Assembly: GCA_963785755.1 (NCBI GenBank)
Contig: CAWAXG010000075.1
Coordinates: 676,837 to 740,836 of the forward strand
Reading direction: 5' to 3'
From: an uncultured Acidobacteriota bacterium
GTDB taxonomy: Bacteria > Acidobacteriota > Vicinamibacteria > Vicinamibacterales > 2-12-FULL-66-21
DNA: 64,000 nt
Each line of letters opens with the position of its first letter. Within the stretch, counting starts at the first letter, position 1. Both the position numbers and the translations under genes were made by a program. Below, one piece after another: positions 51,297 through 61,136 of this stretch. The notes beneath the pieces were generated by a model. The model saw only the letters and a list, made by a program, of their open reading frames with translations, was not told the DNA's origin and searched no databases.

Positions 51297-52241
51297 CTAT
51301 CCGCCGTAGTAGCCGCTGCGAGCCTTTACTGTCGCCGACGGCCGCTTGACCCGGACGTCGAGCCGGCGCCACTCGCGGCCTGCTGAGGCCGCTTCGATCG
51401 CGAGCACGTACTGTTGCCGCAGCTCGCCGACGAGGCTCGACGCGGCGACCACGGTTTCGGGGAAAGTGCTCGCGAAGACCAGCTTGCCCCCTGTCCATTC
51501 CGCGAGATCCCGCAGGTCTGCAGCTTCCGAGGCAGCAGCGCGCTCGACTGACTCCAGCATCGACGCGCTGATCGATGGATGGCACGGTCGCCACGACGTA
51601 GACAGGTACCGCAATAGAGCTGGCCAGGCCGGACACCTCCGGCGGCGGTCAACGTCGCTGCTGGTATCGATTCCGTCCGTGAGGACGATGATGGCTTTGT
51701 GCGCAGCCGACCGCTCCGACAGCTTGCGGGCCGCCGCTGCCGTCGCGTCGTAGAGCGATGTCGAACCGAACGGCGAGAATTCGTCCAGCGCGCCCCTGAG
51801 CTCGTCCAGATTCGTCGTGAACGGACGGCGCTCATGAAGCTGCGAATCGAAAGTGAAGACCGCGACCTCGTCCTGGCCAGGGCTGAGCTGCGACAACACC
51901 GAGTCGAACGTCTGGCGCGCCATCGCCAGCTTCGACGCCATGCTCATGCTGCCGCTCATGTCTACGAGAATGGCCAGACTGACGGGCGAGCGCAGATCCG
52001 CGCGGATGGACAGGATCTGCCGGAGCTGACCGTTGTCGCGGACCTCGAAGTCTTCGGCCGTCAGGCCGTGCAGCGGGCGCCCCCGATTGTTCCGCACTGA
52101 CGCCTGGATCGTGACGACGTCAGCCGAGCTGCGGAACCGCTGACGCGGCTCCGAATCGGGGGCCTGTGCAAAGAGCGGCGCCATTCCCGAAAAAACGAGA
52201 AGGAACACCACCACGAGGGTCTGACGGATTCGTACTTTCAT
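51297..52241 (-). CDS. Exported von Willebrand factor A (VWA) domain protein
   Basis: 314 aa. Signal ...LLVFSGMAPLFAQA. MIDAS ILVDMSGSMS. The ORF is open, but about 51550-51650 reads better in another frame (EVSGLASSIAVPVYVVATVPSIDQR, ORF 51046..51636), i.e. a compensated pair of indels. Confidence 0.75.
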   Translation of the reverse strand: MKVRIRQTLVVVFLLVFSGMAPLFAQAPDSEPRQRFRSSADVVTIQASVRNNRGRPLHGLTAEDFEVRDNGQLRQILSIRADLRSPVSLAILVDMSGSMSMASKLAMARQTFDSVLSQLSPGQDEVAVFTFDSQLHERRPFTTNLDELRGALDEFSPFGSTSLYDATAAAARKLSERSAAHKAIIVLTDGIDTSSDVDRRRRCPAWPALLRYLSTSWRPCHPSISASMLESVERAAASEAADLRDLAEWTGGKLVFASTFPETVVAASSLVGELRQQYVLAIEAASAGREWRRLDVRVKRPSATVKARSGYYGG

Positions 52242-52450
52242 GATCGCCCTGCGATCCGGACGAAGCGGGCACGGACAGGCTGACGACAGCTCCGCCTGGG
52301 CAGCTCGGCCGGCTACTGATTTTGGGGAACGACTTATGATAACACGATACGGTTCCGGTGAATATGGAGGATCCGGGAATCGTTGAGGTGAAAGCCAGAT
52401 CGGCTGGGGCCGGCCTCCAGAAGTCCTATCGGCCCGCCGGCACTGCCGCG

Positions 52451-53321
52451 TCAGTGCGTCATCGCGTGCAGCAAGACGTTGATTCCAAAGGCATAGCCGC
52501 CGGGGGAGAACTGGCGGAAAAAGGCTGGATCTTCGCCTTCACGCTCCCATGAGTCTGCGATGTCCGTGTTGTGCGTCATCACGACGAGAATGCGGCCGGC
52601 ATGGTCGCGGATGACCCGGAAATGCACTTCCTCACTGTCGAATCCCCGCTCCGAGGTGATGCTCCCCCCTACCCCGCGCCAGAACTGGATATTGGTGATC
52701 TGCGGCGCGTTGGCGACATTGAACTGGCTCCGGAAGATGGGGTCGTTAGCCGGTACGTCGATAATCGGGTACGTCGGAGGGTGGCAGAACCGTCGCGATT
52801 TGCCGGGTCCAGTGCTCCCACGCCGCCGTCCCCCAGAAATCGTCGACCCACAGGAACCCGCCCTTGAGCAGGTACTCGCGAAGGCGATTCGCCTCCTCCG
52901 GCGTAATGCCGACGGTCCCGACGTCGGACGCCATCGTGAAGGGACAGTTGAACAGGGCGTCATCGGTCAGCCGCACGACCCAGTGATTGGGCTGGCCCCG
53001 CTCGTCCCGGCTGATGCGGGTCTTGGTGAGCTCTGACAGCCGAGTCATCAGATTGATGTCCGCGTAGGGGTAGTCCGTAGTCCAGCCCATGCCCATCGGC
53101 TCTTCTCGAACGCGGTCGTACATGATGCGGCAGAACGTGAAATCCGCATCAGGCATCTCGGGCGGCGCGAAGCGGGCGGGGAATCGGCCCTCGCGAAACC
53201 GCCACTGGCCGAATGCGACCCCCGCGAAGAGCAGCAGGAGCGGAACCCACACCACGGGCGAGCGGAGTCCGCGAGCGACTACGCCGGCGCCAGCGTGCAT
53301 GACGAAGCCGGGAAGCTTCAT
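52451..53321 (-). pseudogene. DUF4159-like membrane-anchored protein; one frameshift as assembled
   Basis: ATG 53321 and an N-terminal TM (VVWVPLLLLFAGVAF). The N-half is in ORF 52746..53555 and the C-half (IIDVPANDPIFRSQF...VMTHNTDIADSWE) in ORF 52451..52963. The junction is near 52768-52775. Family call is from memory of DUF4159 proteins. Confidence 0.5.
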
Positions 53322-53384
53322 GACCTGCCTTACGCGATTGTAGTCTCGGCCGGACCGGACAGCTGATGCTATCGTTTTGCACAG

Positions 53385-54712
53385 ATGTCTGACAGCCGCA
53401 AACGCCGATTTCCCTTGCTCCCGTGGGTGTTGCTGGCTGCCGGCCTGGTCATTGGCGCGGGCGATGGGCCCCGACAGACGCAGTACGCCGGCCGCGCAAA
53501 CCGACGCGGCGGCGAGCGGCAGCGGCGGCATCAATCGCCCGGAGCACCGCGACAAGGCCCATCTGATTCTGATCTCGTTCGACGGATTTCGCGCAGATTA
53601 CTTCGATCGGTTCGACCTGCCGAACATCCGCCGCGTACTCCGGCGCGGGGTGCGCGCACCGAGCGATGATCCCGGTGTTTCCGTCCGTGACGTTTACGAA
53701 CCATTACTCGCTGGTGACCGGCCTCTATCCCGAGCGCCACGGCATCGTCGCCAACAGCTTCTACGATCCGGGACGCAAGGCCAGCTATTCGTTTCGCGAC
53801 CAGAAGACAGTTACCGATGGCACCTGGTATCGCGGCGAGCCGATCTGGGTGACCGCCGAGTCGCAGGGCATGGTGTCGGCCTGTTTCTTCTGGCCTGGAT
53901 CGGAAGCCGCGATCAAAGGCATCCGCCCGACGCATTGGAACACATACGATTCGAACGTCCCGAACAACACACGGATGGAGAGCGTGCTCGGCTGGCTGCG
54001 CCTGCCGGACGAGAGCCGCCCTCACGTCATCACCACGTATTTCGCCGATCTCGATGCGGCATCCCACCGCGGCAGGCTCGATGGCGCCGGTATCGGGGAG
54101 GCCCTGACCTCGCTCGACCGCACCCTCGGGCTGCTCCTCGACGGCATCGAGGCCCTGCCGATACGCGATCGCGTGTACGTCCTGCTCACGTCGGACCATG
54201 GAATGGTGGAAACGGCGGCGTCACGAACCGTTCTGATCGGATCGCTCGTGGACTCGGCAACCGTCCGGGTCGGATTCGCCGGAGCGGTGGCGAGCCTGCA
54301 CGTGTCTGGCGGTCCGGATCAGGCGCTGAAAACGCGGGACCAGGCCAACGCCCAACTGAAGAACGGCCGCGCTTATCTGCGAGCAGAACTGCCGGAGCGG
54401 TACCATTACCGGGCCGATCCTCGAGCTGGCGACGTCGTGATTGTGATGGACGAGGGCTGGACAGCCGAGACGTCGATCATCTCGAAGCTTCGCATCGTCG
54501 GACCATGGGGCGAACATGGCTGGGATCCGGCGCTGCAGTCCATGCGCGCGATCTTCGCCATTGCCGGCCCAGGCCTGCGGGAGGGAATCACGATTCCGGA
54601 GGTCGACAGCGTCGACGTCTATCCGCTGATGACCGAGCTCCTGGGCTTGCGCGCAGCGGACGGCATCGACGGGCGCGCGGACCGGATACGCCGTCAGATC
54701 CTTCGTAATTGA
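53385..54712 (+). pseudogene. Ectonucleotide pyrophosphatase/phosphodiesterase (NPP, alkaline-phosphatase superfamily); two frameshifts as assembled
   Basis: Signal peptide from ATG 53385. HLILISFDGFRADY is in the frame of ORF 53377.., and MIPVFPSVTFTNHYSLVTGLYPERHGIVAN...LTSDHGM in ORF 53666..54712. Junctions are at the C4 run 53469-53472 and near 53660-53666. Confidence 0.75.
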
Positions 54713-54770
54713 AGCGCCGGCGACGCCCTGCCAGCGCGGGAGTCAGCCGCGAATGGTAGGATGCAACCTT

Positions 54771-54829
54771 GGGAATCGGGACTCGGGACTGGGGCTGGTC
54801 TCGGGATCGGGGATCAGGATCGGGGAATT
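54771..54829. repeat. GGGATC/GGGACT-word tandem spacer (element D)
   Basis: gggaatc gggactc gggactg gggctggtctc gggatc ggggatcag gatc ggggaatt. About 7-nt period, one orientation only. Lies 80 nt upstream of ATG 54908. Confidence 0.7.
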
Positions 54830-54907
54830 CCGTTGCTCCTCCAGGGGTTACGGGTATCTGTGGGATGCGGGGACTTTGATTTCCGCCGGACACCAGCACA
54901 GCCTGTC

Positions 54908-56134
54908 ATGCGCCACGCGCGATTCCTTATAGTTCTGCTCATCGGCACGGTCGTGCTGGGCGGTCTGTCACTGGCCGCGCAGAGCACGCCGGTGGATCCG
55001 AATGCGCCCGGGGGGCGCGAGCTCGTCGCCCTGACCGAATTCGACATTCTCAGCACCAAGGCCGGCTACATTCCCTCCGACGAGTTCATCAAGTTCCTGA
55101 ACGACGGGACCGCCGGGATCAAGGAGCAGGACCTGTTCGCCGGACGTGGCCCGCTCGCTATCCTGTTCATCGTGTTCGTCGGCGGACTTGCGCTGAACCT
55201 CACGCCCTGCGTCCTGCCGATGATTCCGATCAACCTGGCGATCATTGGGGCCGGGACGCAGGCGGGATCGCGGCGTCGCGGGCTTCTCCTCGGTTCAGCG
55301 TACGGACTGGGAATGGCGCTCGCGTATGGAGCGCTCGGCCTCGTCGTGACGCTGACGGCCAGCACGTTCGGGACCGTGAACGCGTCGCCCTGGTTCAACC
55401 TCGCCATCGCCGTGCTCTTCGTCGTGCTCGCGCTGGCGATGTTCGATCGGATCAACATCGACTTCTCACACCTTCTGAGCCGCGTGCGGGTCGGCACGCC
55501 GGGCCGCGGCAACTTCGTCGTCTCGTTCGTGATGGGGGGGATTGCCGCACTGCTCGCAGGCGCGTGCGTGGCGCCGGTCGTCATCCAGGTGGTGCTCTTC
55601 GCGAGCAACCTGTATGCGAACGGCACGCCGATCGCGCTCGCGCTGCCCTTCGTGCTCGGACTGGGGATGGCGCTGCCCTGGCCGATCGCCGGCGCCGGCC
55701 TGGCCGCGCTCCCGAAACCCGGACGCTGGATGGTCAGGGTCAAACAGGCGTTCGGCGTCGTCATTCTCGCGACCGCCGCCTACTACGGCTATGAGTCCTA
55801 CAGCCTGTTCCGCCACGCCAGCGGCGGCAGCGCGATCGCCGCGGCAGGTGTCGGTGAAGGCGGCTGGCACCCTTCGCTGCTGGAAGGGCTCGAGGTCGCG
55901 AAACGTGAAAACAAGCCGGTGATGATCGACATGTGGGCCACCTGGTGCAAGTCGTGCGGCGTCATGGACAACACAACCTTCAAGGATCCGAAAGTGATCG
56001 CCGCGCTCGACCGCTTCGTGAAGGTCAGATTTCAGGCCGAGGACCCCGAGGCAGAGCCCGCGAGAAGCGTCATGTGGCGATTCGATGCGATCGGCCTTCC
56101 AACCTACGTCATCCTCCAACCTCGTTCACGCTGA
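54908..56134 (+). CDS. Thiol:disulfide interchange protein (DsbD/CcdA membrane domain + C-terminal thioredoxin fold)
   Basis: 408 aa from ATG 54908. Membrane domain with LTPCVLPMIP and a second Cys-containing TM. C-terminal thioredoxin motif WATWCKSCG. Confidence 0.8.
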   Translation: MRHARFLIVLLIGTVVLGGLSLAAQSTPVDPNAPGGRELVALTEFDILSTKAGYIPSDEFIKFLNDGTAGIKEQDLFAGRGPLAILFIVFVGGLALNLTPCVLPMIPINLAIIGAGTQAGSRRRGLLLGSAYGLGMALAYGALGLVVTLTASTFGTVNASPWFNLAIAVLFVVLALAMFDRINIDFSHLLSRVRVGTPGRGNFVVSFVMGGIAALLAGACVAPVVIQVVLFASNLYANGTPIALALPFVLGLGMALPWPIAGAGLAALPKPGRWMVRVKQAFGVVILATAAYYGYESYSLFRHASGGSAIAAAGVGEGGWHPSLLEGLEVAKRENKPVMIDMWATWCKSCGVMDNTTFKDPKVIAALDRFVKVRFQAEDPEAEPARSVMWRFDAIGLPTYVILQPRSR

Positions 56135-56193
56135 GCGCGACCGGCCGCTCCGACCGTGCGATGCATGAACACCGCTGCTCAGGATTCTGAAGC

Positions 56194-58329
56194 ATGTGGA
56201 CAGTCAGGCATCGCAGTCAGCCGCTGATCGCCCTCGCGCTCGCCGTGTCGGCGTTCGTCCTCACGGAGGCACAGCGTCCGCCATCGCCATCCGCCAATTA
56301 CCACGCCTGGTCCGTCTACGGCGGCGGCCCGGAGCAGCTGCGCTACTCGAGCCTGACCCAGATCAATCGAAACAACGTGAAGCAGCTCGAGGTCGCGTGG
56401 ACCTACGACAGCGGTGAGTCCGGCGATCTGCAGACGCAGCCGATCATCGTCGACGGCGTGCTCTACGGCTACACGCCCGCGCAGAAGGTGTTCGCGCTCG
56501 ACGCGGGAAGCGGCAAGGCCCTGTGGACGTTCGACGCGAAGCTGCAGGGCCGCGGGCCGATTCGCGGCCTGATGTTCTGGGCTGGTGACCGGAACAACGA
56601 AGCACGACTCCTCGCGCCGGCGCACGAGTACATCTACGCCCTCAACCCCCGCACAGGCGTCCCGATCGCGACGTTCGGCGACGGCGGCCGCATCGATCTT
56701 CGCAACAATCTTGGCCGCGATCCGAAAGGTCAATCGGTGCGGCTGACCACGCCGGGCGTGATTTTCAAAGACCTGATGATCGTGGGAGGACGCGTCAACG
56801 AAGGCCTCCCTGGCTCGCCCGGACACATCCGCGCCTACGACGTACGCACCGGGGCGCTGCGCTGGACGTTCCATACCATTCCGCATCCCGGGGAAGTCGG
56901 CTACGAGACCTGGTCGAAGGACTCATGGACCTACAGCGCCGGGGCGAACAGCTGGCCCGGAATGGCGCTCGACGAACGCCGCGGCATCGTCTTCGTCCCG
57001 ACCGGTTCCGCGGCGGCCGACTTCTACGGCGCGAATCGTCTCGGCGACAATCTCTTCGCCAACACGCTGCTCGCGCTGAACGCCGAAACCGGAAAGCGGA
57101 TCTGGCATTTCCAGATCGTCCGCCACGACATTCTCGACCGCGATCTCCCGACGCCGCCGAACCTCGTGACGGTACGCCAGAACGGCCGGGTCATCGACGC
57201 GGTGGCGCAGGCGACGAAGCACGGCTATGTCTTCCTGTTCGATCGCGCGAACGGCAAACCGCTCTTCCCGATCGAGCAGCGGAAGTTCCCGGCGAGCGAC
57301 GTGCCGGGCGAAGTCGCGGCCGCGACCCAGCCGATCCCCACCCTGCCGAAGCCGTTCGCGCGGCAGGTCCTCACGCGCGACATGCTCACGAGCCGGACGC
57401 CCGAAGCGCAGAAATGGGCCCAGGAGGAATTCGACAAGTACCGCAGCAACGGGCCGTTCGCGCCGCTGACCGTCGGGCAGCAGACCTTCGTCTTCCCCGG
57501 TTACGATGGCGGCGCCGAATGGGGCGGCTCGGCGTTCGACCCGACCACCGGCCTCCTCTACATCAACGCGAACGACATCGCGTGGAGCGGGTCGCTGGCG
57601 CCCGACGACGCGGGACAGAGCGGGCGGAGCTTGTACTTGAGGGACTGCGCGAGCTGCCATCGCGACGATCGGGCCGGCACTCCGCCGCAGATTCCCTCGC
57701 TCATCGGGATCGCCGAGCGCAAATCGCGGCCCGAGCTCACGGCCGTCATCCAGAAGGGAGGGGGCCGCATGCCTGCCTTCCCCAACCTGCAGCCGTTCGC
57801 GGTCAACGCGATCGTGCAGTACCTGGCGACAGGTGAAGACACGCCGACGCCCGCGGCCACCGTGTCCGACACCTACGTCAAATACCGTTTCACCGGCTAC
57901 CGGAAGTTCCTCGATCCCGATGGCTATCCCGCGGTGGCGCCGCCGTGGGGTACGCTCAACGCGATCAACCTGAGCACCGGCGCCTATGCGTGGCAGATCC
58001 CGTTCGGCGAATACCCGGAGCTGGCCGCGAAGGGCTTGAAGAACACCGGCAGCGAGAACTATGGCGGCCCCATCGTGACCGCTGGCGGGCTGCTCTTCAT
58101 CGGCGCGACCAACCACGACCGCAAGTTCCGCGCGTTCGACAAGGCCACGGGCGAGCTGCTCTGGGAGACGCTCCTGCCATTCTCGGGCAATGCCACGCCG
58201 GCCACGTATGAGGTGAACGGCCGCCAGTTCGTGGTCATTGCGGCGTCGGGCGGGAAGTCACGCGAGCCGAAAGGCGGCGTTTATGTCGCGTTCGCGCTGC
58301 CGTCGAAGCCGGCCAAATCAGGCAGTTAG
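56194..58329 (+). CDS. PQQ-dependent quinohaemoprotein dehydrogenase (propeller with embedded cytochrome c domain)
   Basis: 711 aa, with a signal peptide. PQQ-propeller repeats lie on both sides of a mono-haem segment (CASCHRDDRAG...GGGRMPAFPNL). Confidence 0.75.
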   Translation: MWTVRHRSQPLIALALAVSAFVLTEAQRPPSPSANYHAWSVYGGGPEQLRYSSLTQINRNNVKQLEVAWTYDSGESGDLQTQPIIVDGVLYGYTPAQKVFALDAGSGKALWTFDAKLQGRGPIRGLMFWAGDRNNEARLLAPAHEYIYALNPRTGVPIATFGDGGRIDLRNNLGRDPKGQSVRLTTPGVIFKDLMIVGGRVNEGLPGSPGHIRAYDVRTGALRWTFHTIPHPGEVGYETWSKDSWTYSAGANSWPGMALDERRGIVFVPTGSAAADFYGANRLGDNLFANTLLALNAETGKRIWHFQIVRHDILDRDLPTPPNLVTVRQNGRVIDAVAQATKHGYVFLFDRANGKPLFPIEQRKFPASDVPGEVAAATQPIPTLPKPFARQVLTRDMLTSRTPEAQKWAQEEFDKYRSNGPFAPLTVGQQTFVFPGYDGGAEWGGSAFDPTTGLLYINANDIAWSGSLAPDDAGQSGRSLYLRDCASCHRDDRAGTPPQIPSLIGIAERKSRPELTAVIQKGGGRMPAFPNLQPFAVNAIVQYLATGEDTPTPAATVSDTYVKYRFTGYRKFLDPDGYPAVAPPWGTLNAINLSTGAYAWQIPFGEYPELAAKGLKNTGSENYGGPIVTAGGLLFIGATNHDRKFRAFDKATGELLWETLLPFSGNATPATYEVNGRQFVVIAASGGKSREPKGGVYVAFALPSKPAKSGS

Positions 58330-59522
58330 TTGTTCTTCTGACGCACGAGTTCCTCCAGCACGTCGGCCGCACGATCGATCTCGATTTCCGTGTTGTAAAA
58401 GTGCGGCGCCATCCGGATCCCGGCGCCGGGGCGATAGTCGACGATCACCGCGCGGCGAATCAGCTCCTGGGTCACCGCGTAGCCATCGGGTACGTCGATG
58501 ATCACCGCGCCGGCGCGCTCCGCATCGTCGTCTGGCGTGTTGATGCGAAAGCCGGCGCTGCGCGCGCGATCGATCAGCCGGCGTGTCAGCCGCAGTGACT
58601 TCGAGCGGATCGCCTCGACGCCGATCTCCGCGACGATCTCGTAGCCGGCTCGCGCGGAGTAGAGCGCGGGGACGTTCGGGGTACCGCTCTGAAAGCGCTC
58701 CGGCGCGCTCGCATAGCGGATCGGCGCCGCTTCGAACGCAAACGGATCCTCGTGCGCCGCCCAGCCGACGAACGCCGGCTCGAGGCTGTTCGCGAGATCG
58801 GGCCGCACGTAGAGATAGCCGGCCCCTGGTCCGCCGCACAGCCACTTGACCGATCCGCCCACGGCGAAACCGGCGCCGAGCGCCTGGAGGTCGACCGGGA
58901 TCACACCGGCCGCCTGATAGATATCGAGGATGACGTGCGCCCCGACGCGGTGCGCCTTCTCGATGACCGCCTCCGCGCGCTGGATGTAACTGCTGCGGAA
59001 CAGCACGAGCGACAGCGGCACCAGGACGGTCCGATCGTCGATCGCCTCGAGCAGCCGGTCGAGGTTCGTCCGTATCCCGTCGTCCGAGGGAACGATGACG
59101 ATCTCTGCGCCGTAGCGCCGGAACCCCTCGAACAGGTAGATGTTCGTCGGGAACTCGAGATCGGTCATGACGATCCTGCGCCGCGGGCCGTCGTAGCGAA
59201 AACACGATCCGATGATCCCCTGCGCGACGCTGGCGTTCTGGTGCATCGAGATGGTGCGCGGCGGCGCACCAACGATCGGCGCGAGCAGATCGCCGACGGT
59301 GCGGCCCATCTCCCACCATCCCTCCGACCACGCCCGCACTCCCCGGCTGCTCCACGCCTCGGCGAAGGCCGCGAGGCGCGCATGCGCCCGGCGCGGCATG
59401 GCGCCGAGCGAATGGCTCACGAGGTAGGTGCAGGTGTCGACGATGGGGAATTCGGCGCGCCAGGAAGCGAGCGGATCGTCGCCGGCGAGCGGTGGCCCGG
59501 AAAGTGGCGGCAATGTCGGCAC
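58326..59522 (-). CDS. Kynureninase-like / class V aminotransferase-fold PLP enzyme
   Basis: 398 aa from GTG 59522, 2 nt after the upstream stop. The upstream part of ORF 58326..60524 is an out-of-frame overlap of the ALDH gene. PLP-lysine region GGSVKWLCGGPGAGYLY resembles the kynureninase motif. The 3' end overlaps the convergent gene by 4 nt. Confidence 0.6.
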   Translation of the reverse strand: MPTLPPLSGPPLAGDDPLASWRAEFPIVDTCTYLVSHSLGAMPRRAHARLAAFAEAWSSRGVRAWSEGWWEMGRTVGDLLAPIVGAPPRTISMHQNASVAQGIIGSCFRYDGPRRRIVMTDLEFPTNIYLFEGFRRYGAEIVIVPSDDGIRTNLDRLLEAIDDRTVLVPLSLVLFRSSYIQRAEAVIEKAHRVGAHVILDIYQAAGVIPVDLQALGAGFAVGGSVKWLCGGPGAGYLYVRPDLANSLEPAFVGWAAHEDPFAFEAAPIRYASAPERFQSGTPNVPALYSARAGYEIVAEIGVEAIRSKSLRLTRRLIDRARSAGFRINTPDDDAERAGAVIIDVPDGYAVTQELIRRAVIVDYRPGAGIRMAPHFYNTEIEIDRAADVLEELVRQKNN

Positions 59523-59524
59523 GA

Positions 59525-60976
59525 TCAGAGGTTCAAATCGATCCAGACCGCCTTGACCTGCGTGTAGTGCTCGAGCGCGTGCGCGCTCATTTCGCGGCCG
59601 AACCCGCTCTGCTTGTATCCACCGAACGGTGCGGCGGTGTCGTAGACGTTGTAGGTATTCACCCACACCGTGCCGGCCTGCAGCTTCTTCGCCACGTAGT
59701 GCGCCTTCTTGATGTCGCGGGTCCAGACGCCGGCCGCGAGTCCGTACTGGCTCTCGTTCGCCTTCGCAATGGCCTCGTCCAGGTCCGCGAACTCGATCGC
59801 GGCCAGGACCGGCCCGAAGATCTCCTCGCGCGAAATCGTCATCTCGGACTTGACGTCGGCGAAGACGGTCGGCTGGACGAAATAACCCTTGCCGGTGCCG
59901 ATGTCGGCGCGTTGACCGCCGGCCATGAGCGTCGCCCCTTCGCGCTTCCCCGATTCGATGTAGCCGAGCACGGTGTCGAGCTGCTTCTTCGAAGAGATCG
60001 CGCCGAAGCGAGTCTTGGGATCCATCGGGTCGCCAGGCACCATCTTCTTCGCCCGGGCCGCGAGCTTGTCGAGAAACTCGTCCTTGATGGAACGGTCGAC
60101 CAGGAGCCTGGAGCCGGCGGCGCAGACCTCCCCCTTGCCGTAGAAGATGCCGATGGTGGCGCCGCGGACCGCGGCCTCCATGTCGGCGTCCGGCAGCACG
60201 ATGTTGGGGGATTTTCCGCCGAGCTCCAGCGTGATCTTCTTGAGCGTGTCGGCGGCGCTCCTCATGATCGACTTCCCGGTGCCGGTATCGCCGGTGAAGG
60301 CGACCTTGTCGATCCCCGGATGCTCCACAATCGCCTGGCCGACCGTCGATCCCGGACCGGTGATGACGTTCAGCACGCCCGGGGGCAGTCCCACTTCCAC
60401 GGCGATCTCGCCGAGTGCCAGGGCCGTGAGCGGAGTCTGGCTCGCGGGCTTGAGGATCACCGTGTTGCCGCAGGCCAGGGCGGGCGCCACTTTCCAGGCC
60501 GCGAGCAGCAGCGGGAAGTTCCACGGCACGATGGCGGCAACGACCCCGACCGGCTCGCGCAGCGTGTAGGTGAGATGGTTACCCTTGACCGGGATCGTCT
60601 CACCCATCAACTTGTCCGACCAGCCGCCGTAATACTCGAAGCACTCGGCCGCCGCCGGGATCTCGATCTGCCGTGACTCCGTGATCGGCTTGCCGTTGTG
60701 CAGGGTTTCGAGCCGCGCGACATGGTCCGCCCGCTCCATCAACCGGTCGCCGAGCTTCCGCACCAGGCGCCCGCGCTCGCGCGCGGACATCGCGCTCCAC
60801 GGCCCGGCCAGCGCCGCTCGCGCCGCCGCCACCGCGGCATCGACATCGGACGCGTTCGCCGCCGCGACCTCGGCAATCACCTCTTCGGTCGCGGGATTCA
60901 CCACCGGCATCGTCTGTCCGGACGACGAGCCGCGCCATTCGTTGTTGATGAAGAGAGCTCCAGCCTGCGACGTCAA
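59525..60976 (-). CDS. NAD(P)-dependent aldehyde dehydrogenase (BoxD-like by position)
   Basis: About 483 aa from TTG 60976 (MTSQAGALFINNEW...). The ORF opens at 61006 inside element A6. Catalytic motifs LELGGKSP and GEVCAAGSRLLV. Confidence 0.8.
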   Translation of the reverse strand: MTSQAGALFINNEWRGSSSGQTMPVVNPATEEVIAEVAAANASDVDAAVAAARAALAGPWSAMSARERGRLVRKLGDRLMERADHVARLETLHNGKPITESRQIEIPAAAECFEYYGGWSDKLMGETIPVKGNHLTYTLREPVGVVAAIVPWNFPLLLAAWKVAPALACGNTVILKPASQTPLTALALGEIAVEVGLPPGVLNVITGPGSTVGQAIVEHPGIDKVAFTGDTGTGKSIMRSAADTLKKITLELGGKSPNIVLPDADMEAAVRGATIGIFYGKGEVCAAGSRLLVDRSIKDEFLDKLAARAKKMVPGDPMDPKTRFGAISSKKQLDTVLGYIESGKREGATLMAGGQRADIGTGKGYFVQPTVFADVKSEMTISREEIFGPVLAAIEFADLDEAIAKANESQYGLAAGVWTRDIKKAHYVAKKLQAGTVWVNTYNVYDTAAPFGGYKQSGFGREMSAHALEHYTQVKAVWIDLNL

Positions 60977-61127
60977 CTCGCTCAGCTCCCAACTCCCGAC
61001 TCCCAAGAAGCATCAGTCGAACGAGCTGGGTGGAATACGTGACAACGAGCTCTCCGAGTACGACTTTCACCCGGCGCTGTCGAACCTCGCGCGTTGGCAG
61101 TTGGGAGTTGGGAGTGTGGGAGTTGAC
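60972..61127. repeat. Family A simple-word hairpin element, copy A6
   Basis: gtcaactcgctcagctcccaactcccgactcccaa (60972-61006), an ~87-nt loop, then ttggcagttgggagttgggagtgtgggagttgac (61094-61127). Fills the boxB-ALDH gap. The terminal GTCAAC contains the probable TTG start on the minus strand. Confidence 0.85.
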
Positions 61128-61136
61128 GTCATGTCG

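Noticed and set aside
58326-60524. The 732-aa ORF taken as one protein.
   Set aside because: Its upstream two fifths overlap the aldehyde dehydrogenase gene out of frame. The PLP-enzyme homology begins just after GTG 59522, 2 nt past the ALDH stop.
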